Assembly (NCBI GenBank): GCA_934095965.1
Contig: CAKOKR010000001.1
Span: 2,047-66,046 of the forward strand
DNA: 64,000 nt
Origin: an uncultured Bacilli bacterium
GTDB lineage: Bacteria > Bacillota_I > Bacilli_A > RF39 > UBA660
Direction of reading: 5' to 3'
Shown here: positions 1 through 9,126 of the stretch, piece after piece
Numbering within the stretch: position 1 is the stretch's first letter
Layout of the letters: every line of letters starts with the position of its first letter
Notes under the pieces: model-generated
Databases searched by the model: none
What the model was told of the DNA's origin: nothing
The model's input: only the letters and a program-made list of their open reading frames with translations
Position numbers and translations under genes: made by a program

Positions 1-288
1 GAATTGTTTGATCAGCTATTTGGTAGTAGTAACATATATGATTTATTTATAAAAGATCCTGAGGCAATTAGAAAGTTTGAATTAGCGGACATGGAAATAC
101 AAGAATCATTTAATAAGATGGAGAAATATATTAAAAATGGTACAGATTTAGAAAAAGAAGCCATTAGAGTATTAAAAGAATTTATGGAAAATGATAAAGA
201 AACAAGTATTAAAGATTCAAACAAAAATATTGAAGAATTAAAAAATAGATTAGAAAAGTTAGTGGAAAAGAATAATAAAAATGAATAA
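1..288 (+). CDS. 3' end of an upstream ORF (hypothetical, coiled-coil or charged); the window starts inside it
   Basis: The open frame runs from nt 1 with no in-frame stop. The listed start at nt 4 is TTG, so this is probably not the true start. The sequence is Lys/Glu-rich. Confidence 0.3.
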   Translation, partial: ELFDQLFGSSNIYDLFIKDPEAIRKFELADMEIQESFNKMEKYIKNGTDLEKEAIRVLKEFMENDKETSIKDSNKNIEELKNRLEKLVEKNNKNE

Positions 289-392
289 TTTTTAGGTACG
301 TAATTAGCTGCTTAAAGTACCTAAAAACATATAAAATTGAATAAACACAAATAAACTGATATATACATAAGCCCTTTTAAATAAAGGGTTTT

Positions 393-968
393 ATGTATTT
401 TATAAATGTTGATAATACGGAACTCGATAATCTCCTGAAGAGAGCAGACCCAATTGAATATCACATCAAAGCATTTGAAAAACTCTTATCACTATTAAAT
501 AGCTGTGTTAATAAAATAATAATATCATTCCTTGATGAATATAAAAATGTTTTAAAAAATAAAAATATTTTACAATATAAAACATTAACAGAAAAAGACT
601 ATGAACAAATTGGAATTAACTTTAGTGCTATTGCTAAAAAATATAATATGACAGTTCAAACATGTTTTGAGGATAGAAACTTAACAGAATATGGCTTCAT
701 AAAAGAAGATTGCCTATCTCACAAACTTGCTTACTACTTAACGGGTAAAAAATATAAAAGTTGGAAGTCTCGTAAAGGAAGAAAATACAATTGTGTAGAA
801 ATGGTAGACATCGGTGCATACGACACTTGTAAACATTTCTGTAAATATTGTTATGCAAACTATGATGAAAACAAAGTAAACAATAATACATTAAATCACA
901 ACTCCAATTCATCATTAATAACAGGTACAATTACAGATAAATATACAATAAAGATAAGAAAAATTTGA
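393..968 (+). pseudogene. Truncated second copy of a DUF1848 family gene (C-terminal ~185 aa only)
   Basis: Residues IEYHIKAFEKLLSLL...CKHFCKYCYANYDE...KIRKI are ~90% identical to the C-terminal half of the 4102..4989 product. The first ~20 codons are unrelated. There is no N-terminal GRTDIIAFY region. Confidence 0.55.
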
Positions 969-1283
969 CAAAATTCAAGTTCAAATTGTTAGTGAAAATA
1001 AAAAAAATATACGTAAAAAAGGAGTTGATAATATGAAAGAAAAAGAAAAAAAGGATTTGATGATATAGACATAGAAAAACAATGGAATGATATGATTAAA
1101 GAAGTGCTAGAATTACTTGATCCAGCCATGGATGATATGCCTTCCGTTGCTTTAAATTGACAAACACCAAATGAATATTGAAAACAACAATAATAAAAGC
1201 ATAATTAATAAATCTAAAAAGATATATAAACTAGATTAAAGTCTCGGTACACCTGAGATTTTTTTCTACAAAAAATATCATCC

Positions 1284-1295
1284 CTATGTTATAAT
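1284..1295 (+). promoter_or_regulatory. Extended -10 promoter element (TGtTATAAT) upstream of the helicase gene
   Basis: tatgTTATAATat lies 20 nt upstream of the RBS and ATG at 1317. A hairpin plus T7 terminator lies just upstream at ~1240-1270. Confidence 0.4.
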
Positions 1296-1316
1296 ATACT
1301 AAAGTAGGTGTAACAT

Positions 1317-3581
1317 ATGAAAGAAGAATTTATAAAAAAGTTAAATAATAAAGAATATATTTCTAAGTATTTATATCTCAAAACCAATGAAGAAGATTCT
1401 AGTATATTACCATATAATTTTGATATAGATAAATATAATGAAGAAGTAATAAATAATGATTTAATCAAGTATCATGATTATTTTGATAACATGTATAAAG
1501 ACATTGACTCAAATATAAAACTTGATATAGATCAACAAAAAGCAATACTTACCGATGAAGAATATTCATTAATTATCGCCGGTGCAGGAACAGGCAAAAC
1601 CACAACCATGGCATCAAAAATAAAATATCTTGTTGACATAAAAAAAGTAAATCCCAGTGAAATACTAGCTATAAGTTTTACCAAAAAAGCTACCGAAGAA
1701 CTAGAAAAAAGAATAGTAATTGATTTTAACATACCCGCTAAAGTAACAACATTTCATTCTCTAGGTTTCATGTATATCAGAGAAATATTTAAAAATCACA
1801 AATGTTTTGTAGTTGACAATAACACCCGCAACAACATATTTTTAAAATACTTTAAAGAAGAAATATTTCCAAATAAAGAAACAGTTAAAGAGCTACTTTC
1901 GTTATTTAATTCAACTACTGTTAAAAAAATATGGCTATTCGGTGATTACTTTCAAAAAAACTATAATAAATATAATACATTTGATGAATACTTCATAAAT
2001 TACAAAAAAGATAAATTAAAAGAAATACCAGATTTAACAAAATGGTTACAAGAAAGAATAGATAAATCTATAAATAGTGAGGTAATATATACAATTAACA
2101 ATGAATTAGTTAAATCAAAAGGTGAAGCTATAATTGCAAATTTTTTGTTTAAAAATAATATTGATTATGTATATGAAAAAGTCTATGAAAAATTAATGCC
2201 TGATAATAAAACTTATAAACCTGATTTTACCCTTAATCTTGGCGGAGAACCAGTATATATTGAATACTTTGGCTTATCAACATACAAAAGTGATGAACTA
2301 AATAGGTATGAAAAAATAAAAAAACTAAAAGAAGAATACCACTATAAACATCATAATAAATTCATTAAAATAGACTATCAAAAAAATGAAGATTTAGAAA
2401 AAACACTAGCAAGTGAACTAACAAAAATGGGATTTACTTTAAAACCTAAAACAGATATAGAAATATACAACCAAATACTTGATAACAACGAAACATCCCA
2501 AATGTATCCATATCGTGATTTATTATATTCAGTTATTGATCAAATTAAATCATCAAATAAAAGAAAAAAATATATTGAAGAAGTGGATAACTATATCAAA
2601 AAAACAGTATCAATCGAAGAAAAAGAAATGTGTAAAAAACAATTTAAGTATATAAATGAATTTTATATCTATTATCAAAAAGAGTTATATGGAAGTGAAA
2701 CTTATGGATTTGATTTTGCTGACATGATATATTATGCTAACCTATATATAAATAATGTTGATAATAACACAGATTTAAATTTCAAATATATAATTATTGA
2801 TGAATATCAAGATATATCTGAAGATCGTTACATCTTAACAAAAAATGTTGCTAATAAAAATCACGCTAAAGTAGTTGCAGTAGGTGATGATTGGCAATCA
2901 ATATTTTCATTCACAGGTTCAAAGATTGAATACATATATAACTTTTTATCATATTTTCCAACTGCCAAAATATTAAAGATTGCAAAAGCATATCGAAATA
3001 GTAAAGAATTAATCAAGTATTCAAGTGACTTTGTCATGAAAAATGATGAACAAATTAAAAAGGTTTTAATATCTGATAAAGAAAATCCTAATCCAATAAA
3101 GTTTGTAATGTTTGATGATGGCGAAGAAGTATCAAAATTAAAAGAATTAATATTAGCAATTAACCAAAGAAATAAAAATAGTCACATTTTAATACTAGGC
3201 AGAACTAATAGAATAATTGATTCTTTATTTGATGATGCAACATTCATTGATGAGGTTGAAACAAAAATAAAATTCGCAGGTTACAACGATATTGACATTG
3301 ATGGTATGACTATTCATAAATCAAAAGGATTAACTAGTGATGAAGTAATTATAATTGGTCTAGATAATAATTTTCCTAAATCAAACTACGGAGACTTTTG
3401 GTTAAAAGAAATATTTAAAAATAAATGGTATCAAGAAAAAATAGCATTTGCTGAAGAACGTCGTTTATTTTATGTTGCACTAACCAGAACTAAAAACAAT
3501 GTCTATCTCTTAGTTAATAAAAATATATCTAAACGTAGTCCATTTATTAATGAAATTTACAACATTATATTGACAAAATGA
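1317..3581 (+). CDS. UvrD/PcrA-family superfamily-1 DNA helicase with an inserted PD-(D/E)xK-like nuclease module (helicase-IV-like architecture)
   Basis: Walker A IIAGAGTGKTTT. Walker B/DExx IIIDEYQD. C-terminal motif VI VALTRTKNNVYLL. An internal segment GEAIIANFLFKNNIDYVYE...KPDFTL...YIEYFG resembles restriction-endonuclease-fold modules. Confidence 0.8.
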   Translation: MKEEFIKKLNNKEYISKYLYLKTNEEDSSILPYNFDIDKYNEEVINNDLIKYHDYFDNMYKDIDSNIKLDIDQQKAILTDEEYSLIIAGAGTGKTTTMASKIKYLVDIKKVNPSEILAISFTKKATEELEKRIVIDFNIPAKVTTFHSLGFMYIREIFKNHKCFVVDNNTRNNIFLKYFKEEIFPNKETVKELLSLFNSTTVKKIWLFGDYFQKNYNKYNTFDEYFINYKKDKLKEIPDLTKWLQERIDKSINSEVIYTINNELVKSKGEAIIANFLFKNNIDYVYEKVYEKLMPDNKTYKPDFTLNLGGEPVYIEYFGLSTYKSDELNRYEKIKKLKEEYHYKHHNKFIKIDYQKNEDLEKTLASELTKMGFTLKPKTDIEIYNQILDNNETSQMYPYRDLLYSVIDQIKSSNKRKKYIEEVDNYIKKTVSIEEKEMCKKQFKYINEFYIYYQKELYGSETYGFDFADMIYYANLYINNVDNNTDLNFKYIIIDEYQDISEDRYILTKNVANKNHAKVVAVGDDWQSIFSFTGSKIEYIYNFLSYFPTAKILKIAKAYRNSKELIKYSSDFVMKNDEQIKKVLISDKENPNPIKFVMFDDGEEVSKLKELILAINQRNKNSHILILGRTNRIIDSLFDDATFIDEVETKIKFAGYNDIDIDGMTIHKSKGLTSDEVIIIGLDNNFPKSNYGDFWLKEIFKNKWYQEKIAFAEERRLFYVALTRTKNNVYLLVNKNISKRSPFINEIYNIILTK

Positions 3582-3619
3582 TAACATGTGTGTATTATAT
3601 TATCTAAAGAAGGAATAAT

Positions 3620-4102
3620 ATGAATATATTTGTAACATCAGACACACATTTTAATCATAAAAACATAATTAAATATTGCCATAGACCATATAAAGATGTC
3701 GAAGAAATGAACGAAGCAATAATTAGTAATTGGAATAACTCTGTAACAAATGATGACATTATTTATCATCTCGGAGACTTTGGCTTTGGAACTAAAGAAG
3801 AGTTAAAACAAATTTTTAATAGATTAAATGGTCAAAAATATTTAATAATGGGTAATCATGATAAAAAAGTAGGTAGAAATTATTATCTTGAACTAGGTTT
3901 TATTGATGTATATCGCAAGAAATGCCTACTTGATAATTATATTCTAACCCATGAACCAATAGAAGTAGAAAGTGATAAAATAAATCTATATGGTCACATT
4001 CATAATTCTGATATCGATCCTATCTTTGATGATCCAAATCACAAATGTATCTGCCTTGAACAAACTGATTATAAACCACTTTTACTAATGAGGAAAAAAT
4101 AA
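3620..4102 (+). CDS. Small calcineurin-like metallophosphoesterase
   Basis: Motifs SDTHFNH, LGDFGFG and MGNHD match the MPP superfamily signature (D-x-H, GD, GNH[DE]). Confidence 0.75.
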   Translation: MNIFVTSDTHFNHKNIIKYCHRPYKDVEEMNEAIISNWNNSVTNDDIIYHLGDFGFGTKEELKQIFNRLNGQKYLIMGNHDKKVGRNYYLELGFIDVYRKKCLLDNYILTHEPIEVESDKINLYGHIHNSDIDPIFDDPNHKCICLEQTDYKPLLLMRKK

Positions 4103-4989
4103 TGGTTTTATTTGTAAGTGGAAGAACAGATATCATAGCATTTTACACAAAATGGTTTTTAAATAGATTAGATGAAGGCTTCGTTGATGTAAGAAACCCA
4201 TTTAATCCTAATCTAGTAAGTAGAATCAATTTTTCTGATGTTGATTTAATTTTATTCTGCACTAAAAATCCAATTCCAATAGTAAACCACTTAGATAAAA
4301 TACCAAAACCATTTCTATTTCATGTAACAATAACTCCATACAAAAATGATATTGAACCATATGTCCCTTCAAAAACGAAAGTGATTGAAGCTGTCAAAGA
4401 AATATCAAAACAAATTGGTAAAGAAAACATAGTAATAAGGTATGACCCAATTTTCATAAGTGACAAATACACTATTGAATATCACATCAAGGCATTTGAA
4501 AAACTCTTATCACTATTAAATGGTTACGTTAATAAAATAATAATATCTTTTCTTGATGAATATAAAAATGTTTGCAAAAATAAAAATATTTTACGATATA
4601 AAACATTAACAGAAAAAGACTATGAACAAATTGGAACTAACTTTAGTGCCATAGCTAAAAAATATAACACGACAGTTCAAACCTGTTTTGAAGATAGAAA
4701 CTTAACAGAATATGGTTTCATAAAAGGAGAATGCTTATCACATGAACTTGCTTACTACTTAACAGGTAAAAAATATAAAAGTTGGAAATCACGTAAAGGT
4801 GATAAATGCAATTGTGTTGAAATGGTAGATATCGGAGCATACAACACCTGTAAACATTTCTGTAAATATTGTTATGCAAACTATGATGAAAAAAAGGTAA
4901 ATGAAAATTCATTAAAACATAACCCCAATTCATCACTAATAACAGGTACAATTACAGATAAAGATACAATAAAGATAAGAAAAATTTGA
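4102..4989 (+). CDS. DUF1848 family protein with a C-terminal Cys cluster
   Basis: The N-terminus GRTDIIAFYTKWFLNRL and the C-terminal CNCVEMVDIGAYNTCKHFCKYC Cys cluster are typical of DUF1848. Its ATG overlaps the upstream stop (ATGA). Confidence 0.7.
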   Translation: MVLFVSGRTDIIAFYTKWFLNRLDEGFVDVRNPFNPNLVSRINFSDVDLILFCTKNPIPIVNHLDKIPKPFLFHVTITPYKNDIEPYVPSKTKVIEAVKEISKQIGKENIVIRYDPIFISDKYTIEYHIKAFEKLLSLLNGYVNKIIISFLDEYKNVCKNKNILRYKTLTEKDYEQIGTNFSAIAKKYNTTVQTCFEDRNLTEYGFIKGECLSHELAYYLTGKKYKSWKSRKGDKCNCVEMVDIGAYNTCKHFCKYCYANYDEKKVNENSLKHNPNSSLITGTITDKDTIKIRKI

Positions 4990-5042
4990 CAAAATGATAA
5001 TAAAGTGATAGAATATACCCCAATACAAAGGGGTGTTTTTAA

Positions 5043-6725
5043 ATGAATAATCAAAAAATAGAAACAATAAAAAGTCTCTATTCTGGTGCAAAAGCATACA
5101 CTATGTTTATAGTAGAAGAACGTCAACATGATAATGCTAAGGTTGACTATATTTTAGAAGATAAATATTATAATTGTGCAAGGCTTGGATTTATTACCAA
5201 CATAATGCTTGCAATAAAAGAAGAATTAGTAGAAAAAGTATCATATCATAATTTTGAATCACTAGTTTTTAATAATGAACTAGAAAAATCAGTAAAATGT
5301 ATTGCAAGTAAAGTAAGTAATGGTTATAAAATAGATAACTATGTATTTGATACAATACCAAATTTAGTGGCCACTCTAAGAGATAAACTTGCACATGGAA
5401 ACTATATAATATGTAGTAATTACAAAGAAATAACAATAATTCTAGATGATAAAGGTACCACAATTAATATTGAAATAGACAAATTAGCAAAATTTGTTAC
5501 AAATGCAATGATAAGTTTTATAAAAAAACAAAATCCAAAAGAATTTGTTCGTAAAAACATTATGTTTAGCAAAATAAAAAATGGTGATAAGCCATTGTTA
5601 TCAAAATCAGAAGTAAGGTTTGTAAGTAAAAATGCAAAAAGAGTAACAATCAAGTTCAAAAGAAAAGATGGTAAAGATTTAACAGAAAAAGAAACAGAAA
5701 GATTAGAAGAATATTGTGACATTTTAAAAAAAGATAGTAGCAATGAAACTATTGAAAAAATAAAAAAAATAACAATGTATACATACGATTTTACATACGA
5801 AAGAAAACCAATTGCTAACATAAATTATGATTTAATAGCAGATGTATTAATGTCAAGTTACAAAAATGTTAAACTTGAACGCCAATTAATATGTATAGCA
5901 TTTTTAATTGAAAAAATGATTGATGATACGAATACTTTACAAGAAATAATGGCATCAATCAACAATCTAATTTTGCTTAAAGCAATTTATGAAAATAAAA
6001 GTGTTGACATGAATTATGTCTCAACAAAATTAGATGGTAAAGAAATATCCAACGGTATTATGGAATTAGCAAATGCAGCAATAACATTATTCCAAACATT
6101 ATTTTCATATGCAAATGATGATGTATTCAAAAATGATTTTGAGTATCAACAAACACAAAGTAATGGACTAGACTACGGGAAATTAGATTTATCAAATATA
6201 AAAGTATTAGTATATCCAACAGATAAAAGTCCAATTGATGTATATCTAGAGCAAAAGAAAAAAGCTGATAGAGAATATGCAAATATTCAAAAAAACATTG
6301 CTAAAGTGATTGAAAACAAAAATAATGCTATTAAAAATAACAATCAAAATGCAATTTCAAATATAAATCAAGTATTAAATACTTTAAAACAAACTGAACA
6401 AATAAAATTGCAAGATAAAATAAAATGTGATACAGAATATAATAACGTATGCACTTATGAACAAACAAATAAAAAACATCTAATTAATAGATCAATAATT
6501 AATGGAATAAGAAATTGTATTGCACACGGAAACTATCGAATCGTTCATGGAAAAACTGTAAGTGATGCAACATTAGTATTTGAAGATATACATAACAAAA
6601 AGTTAACATTCAAAGCAGTAGTAAATCCTATTGATTTTATAAATATGATTTATGAAAATGAATGGGTTGTAACTGAATTTTTAAATAATTTAACAACTCA
6701 AAACACATTAACTAGACAAAAATAG
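5043..6725 (+). CDS. Hypothetical protein with two HEPN-like Rx4H motifs (putative RNase of an Abi or defence type)
   Basis: RDKLAHGNY lies at about aa 113-121 and RNCIAHGNY at about aa 490-498. Both are R-x4-H followed by GNY. The RBS is AAAGGGGTG. Confidence 0.5.
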   Translation: MNNQKIETIKSLYSGAKAYTMFIVEERQHDNAKVDYILEDKYYNCARLGFITNIMLAIKEELVEKVSYHNFESLVFNNELEKSVKCIASKVSNGYKIDNYVFDTIPNLVATLRDKLAHGNYIICSNYKEITIILDDKGTTINIEIDKLAKFVTNAMISFIKKQNPKEFVRKNIMFSKIKNGDKPLLSKSEVRFVSKNAKRVTIKFKRKDGKDLTEKETERLEEYCDILKKDSSNETIEKIKKITMYTYDFTYERKPIANINYDLIADVLMSSYKNVKLERQLICIAFLIEKMIDDTNTLQEIMASINNLILLKAIYENKSVDMNYVSTKLDGKEISNGIMELANAAITLFQTLFSYANDDVFKNDFEYQQTQSNGLDYGKLDLSNIKVLVYPTDKSPIDVYLEQKKKADREYANIQKNIAKVIENKNNAIKNNNQNAISNINQVLNTLKQTEQIKLQDKIKCDTEYNNVCTYEQTNKKHLINRSIINGIRNCIAHGNYRIVHGKTVSDATLVFEDIHNKKLTFKAVVNPIDFINMIYENEWVVTEFLNNLTTQNTLTRQK

Positions 6726-6814
6726 TAACTATAGTTACCCGCGTATATACCTAGAAAAATAAGAAAATGTAATAGGTTAAAATAACTATTGCATTTTTTA
6801 TTTAAAAAAATAAC

Positions 6815-6843
6815 TTGTATATCAAACATACGTGTGCTATAAT
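6815..6843 (+). promoter_or_regulatory. Sigma-A-like promoter (TTGTAT - 17 nt - TATAAT, with TGc extended)
   Basis: Consensus spacing, upstream of the 6954 gene. Confidence 0.5.
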
Positions 6844-6953
6844 AGATGTATCAATTCAAAAAAGTTTTGGAATTGATAACTGTATGTTGATTAAGTATTC
6901 ATATTGAAAAAGGTACAAAACATTTAAAAATTTTGTTATCTTTTGGAGGTAAT

Positions 6954-7322
6954 ATGAAAACAGAAATAACAAAATACTTACATCAACATAAATCTACGAA
7001 TTTCTCTAGTCTTCTGTTTTTATATATTGATAAAAGTGGGCTAAAGGATTCAATGATTTACAAAAAAGCTGGCATCGATAGAAAATTATTTTCAAAAATT
7101 AGATGCAACGATTATATTCTAAACAAAAAAACTATTATAAGGTTATGCTTTGTTTTAAAATTATCACTAGATGAAGCAAATAAACTTTTAAATAGTGCAG
7201 GATATGCATTAAGTAAAAGTCAAGACTTTGATTTAATCATTCAATATTGTTTAGAAAAAAAAATATATGACTTGTATATCGTAAATGAAATGCTAGAAAC
7301 TTTTTTAAAAACTGTTCTTTAA
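6954..7322 (+). CDS. Hypothetical small protein (possible HTH-like)
   Basis: GGAGG RBS 6 nt upstream of the ATG at 6954. The long ORF listed from 6933 is less likely to be real. Confidence 0.4.
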   Translation: MKTEITKYLHQHKSTNFSSLLFLYIDKSGLKDSMIYKKAGIDRKLFSKIRCNDYILNKKTIIRLCFVLKLSLDEANKLLNSAGYALSKSQDFDLIIQYCLEKKIYDLYIVNEMLETFLKTVL

Positions 7323-7335
7323 CAGTATTTTTTTT
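7308..7335 (+). terminator. Rho-independent terminator
   Basis: aaACTGTTctttAACAGTattttttttt. Confidence 0.5.
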
Positions 7336-7449
7336 TGCAATTTTTCCCTAAGATATGCCAAAAACATGTCGCCAAAATTTGTCGCTTTTAAAGCGACCAC
7401 ATTACCCATCTTTTCTAGTATAATTGATTTATCGAATGGAGGAAATAAT

Positions 7450-7959
7450 ATGAAAACAAATATGCAAATGTTAAGAAATTTAATTAGAGAGGAGGAAGAA
7501 AATCTAGATTTAATAAGATTTAGTAGTCAAGATTATTTATTTAATAAAGTAAATGAAGAATTAAATGGTAAAGTCACAATTCTTGTCGATAACACAGAAA
7601 AAATGTTAGAAAAACTAAAGGAGGTAGAAGATTTAACAAATAAAATTAATTACCTTAAAAGAACTTTGTTCGAAAAAGAAAATGAACTAAGACTAGAAGA
7701 TGGAAGAACAGTGAAGGAAGCATCAGTAGAAAATAAATACAACTTAAAGTTAAAGTATTATTATGAAGCTCTTTTACGTAAAGAAAATAAAAAAATAAGA
7801 ATGACAGATTCTAAAAGTGCATACTTCTTAGAATATAAATTAAACGTTGATAGAAATGAAATTAAAGAAAAACTAAAGAAAATCAGTGAAGAAATAAGAA
7901 ATACAACTAATAAAATAATTAGATTAAATGGCGAATTTTTTGAAATAGATTTACCATAA
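7450..7959 (+). CDS. Hypothetical coiled-coil protein
   Basis: aatGGAGGaaataatATG. The upstream ORF extension lacks an RBS. Confidence 0.4.
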   Translation: MKTNMQMLRNLIREEEENLDLIRFSSQDYLFNKVNEELNGKVTILVDNTEKMLEKLKEVEDLTNKINYLKRTLFEKENELRLEDGRTVKEASVENKYNLKLKYYYEALLRKENKKIRMTDSKSAYFLEYKLNVDRNEIKEKLKKISEEIRNTTNKIIRLNGEFFEIDLP

Positions 7960-8140
7960 TGGTACCATAAAGTTATTGAATGGTTTAAATTAAGTAAAAC
8001 TTAAGCCAGTACTTTATAAAACAGATGATTACGTACTTCAAAATAAGAAGTCTAACCACCTCGTTACCTAAAGTTTTATAAAGTAGGTAAGTGCATCTCA
8101 ACTTGGGATGCACTACCAAATATTAGAAAGGAAGGTTATT

Positions 8141-8446
8141 ATGAATAAATATGTATATGAAACAGAAGATAAAATAAAAATGGGATTAGTATTAAATTTA
8201 GATAAAGTATACAAGTCTTTAAAAAATTTTAAAGATTGCTATAAAAGAATTTATAACAGAATGGATTATCGTAGCACCAAAAAGTATTATTACAAAGGTA
8301 AAATATATACGGAAGAGGAGTTGCTTGAAAACAATTTTGAAAAAGATGAAGAAGGTATATTCGGTTGCATGCCGATATACACAGAAGAAGAAATATTAAC
8401 AAAAATAAAAGATTATTTATACGAAGTATGGAATTTAATAGAATAG
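8141..8446 (+). CDS. Hypothetical protein
   Basis: RBS gaaAGGAAGGttattATG. Confidence 0.4.
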   Translation: MNKYVYETEDKIKMGLVLNLDKVYKSLKNFKDCYKRIYNRMDYRSTKKYYYKGKIYTEEELLENNFEKDEEGIFGCMPIYTEEEILTKIKDYLYEVWNLIE

Positions 8447-8457
8447 GAGGTAAAAAG

Positions 8458-9126
8458 ATGTCACGTAAAAGAGAAATATATAATTTAGAATATTATATAG
8501 AGGATGGAGAAACTCTAGAAGAATTAGCAGATAGAATTATCAAGGATATAAAGAAAAATTTTAAAACAAATAATCAAAAAGAAAAATATCCAACTGAAGA
8601 ATTAAAAACAATAACAAAAATAACATATTATGATAAATTAAAAGTAGATGCTGATGATCTAATTCAAGGATTGGTAGTGGAAGTTAATAATGAACCATTT
8701 ATTATTTTAGATATAAGCTATGGTTTAAGTATTAGCACATTAGATATGATAACAAATGAATTAAAAAATAATAAATCAAGAAACTTCACAATTTATGAAA
8801 TTAATAAAAATGATTTTCAATCTGATATAAAATTTGGAGAAATAAAAAAAGTTCAACTTTACCGTAAGGCTGAACTAGAAAATAAAATAAACGGAAAAAC
8901 ACTTTGTAAATCTGATATAATTGAATTTACAGATTACAATGACAAGAAATTTTACGTTGATTACATTAACAATGATATATATAAAAGAGAAAATCTCTAT
9001 AAAATAAATAAACATGGTAAAATAATAACAGTATTTGAAAGACATAAATTAAATAGTGTAAATATAAAAACATTTGACACACTAACATACAAGTTAACAA
9101 AAATAACAAAAAACTTAGAAATATAG
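8458..9126 (+). CDS. Hypothetical protein
   Basis: RBS ataGGAGGtaaaaagATG. There is a 12-nt gap after the previous gene. Confidence 0.4.
   Translation: MSRKREIYNLEYYIEDGETLEELADRIIKDIKKNFKTNNQKEKYPTEELKTITKITYYDKLKVDADDLIQGLVVEVNNEPFIILDISYGLSISTLDMITNELKNNKSRNFTIYEINKNDFQSDIKFGEIKKVQLYRKAELENKINGKTLCKSDIIEFTDYNDKKFYVDYINNDIYKRENLYKINKHGKIITVFERHKLNSVNIKTFDTLTYKLTKITKNLEI

Noticed and set aside
8365-9126. Long N-terminal extensions of ORFs from the track (8365, 8108, 7366, 6933, 9199, 9634, 15365, 60453, 45489, 54023, 54280)
   Set aside because: Internal ATG or GTG codons with proper AGGAGG-like RBSs give shorter products. These fit the gene spacing and, for secE, ssb and mazEF, the known protein N-termini.
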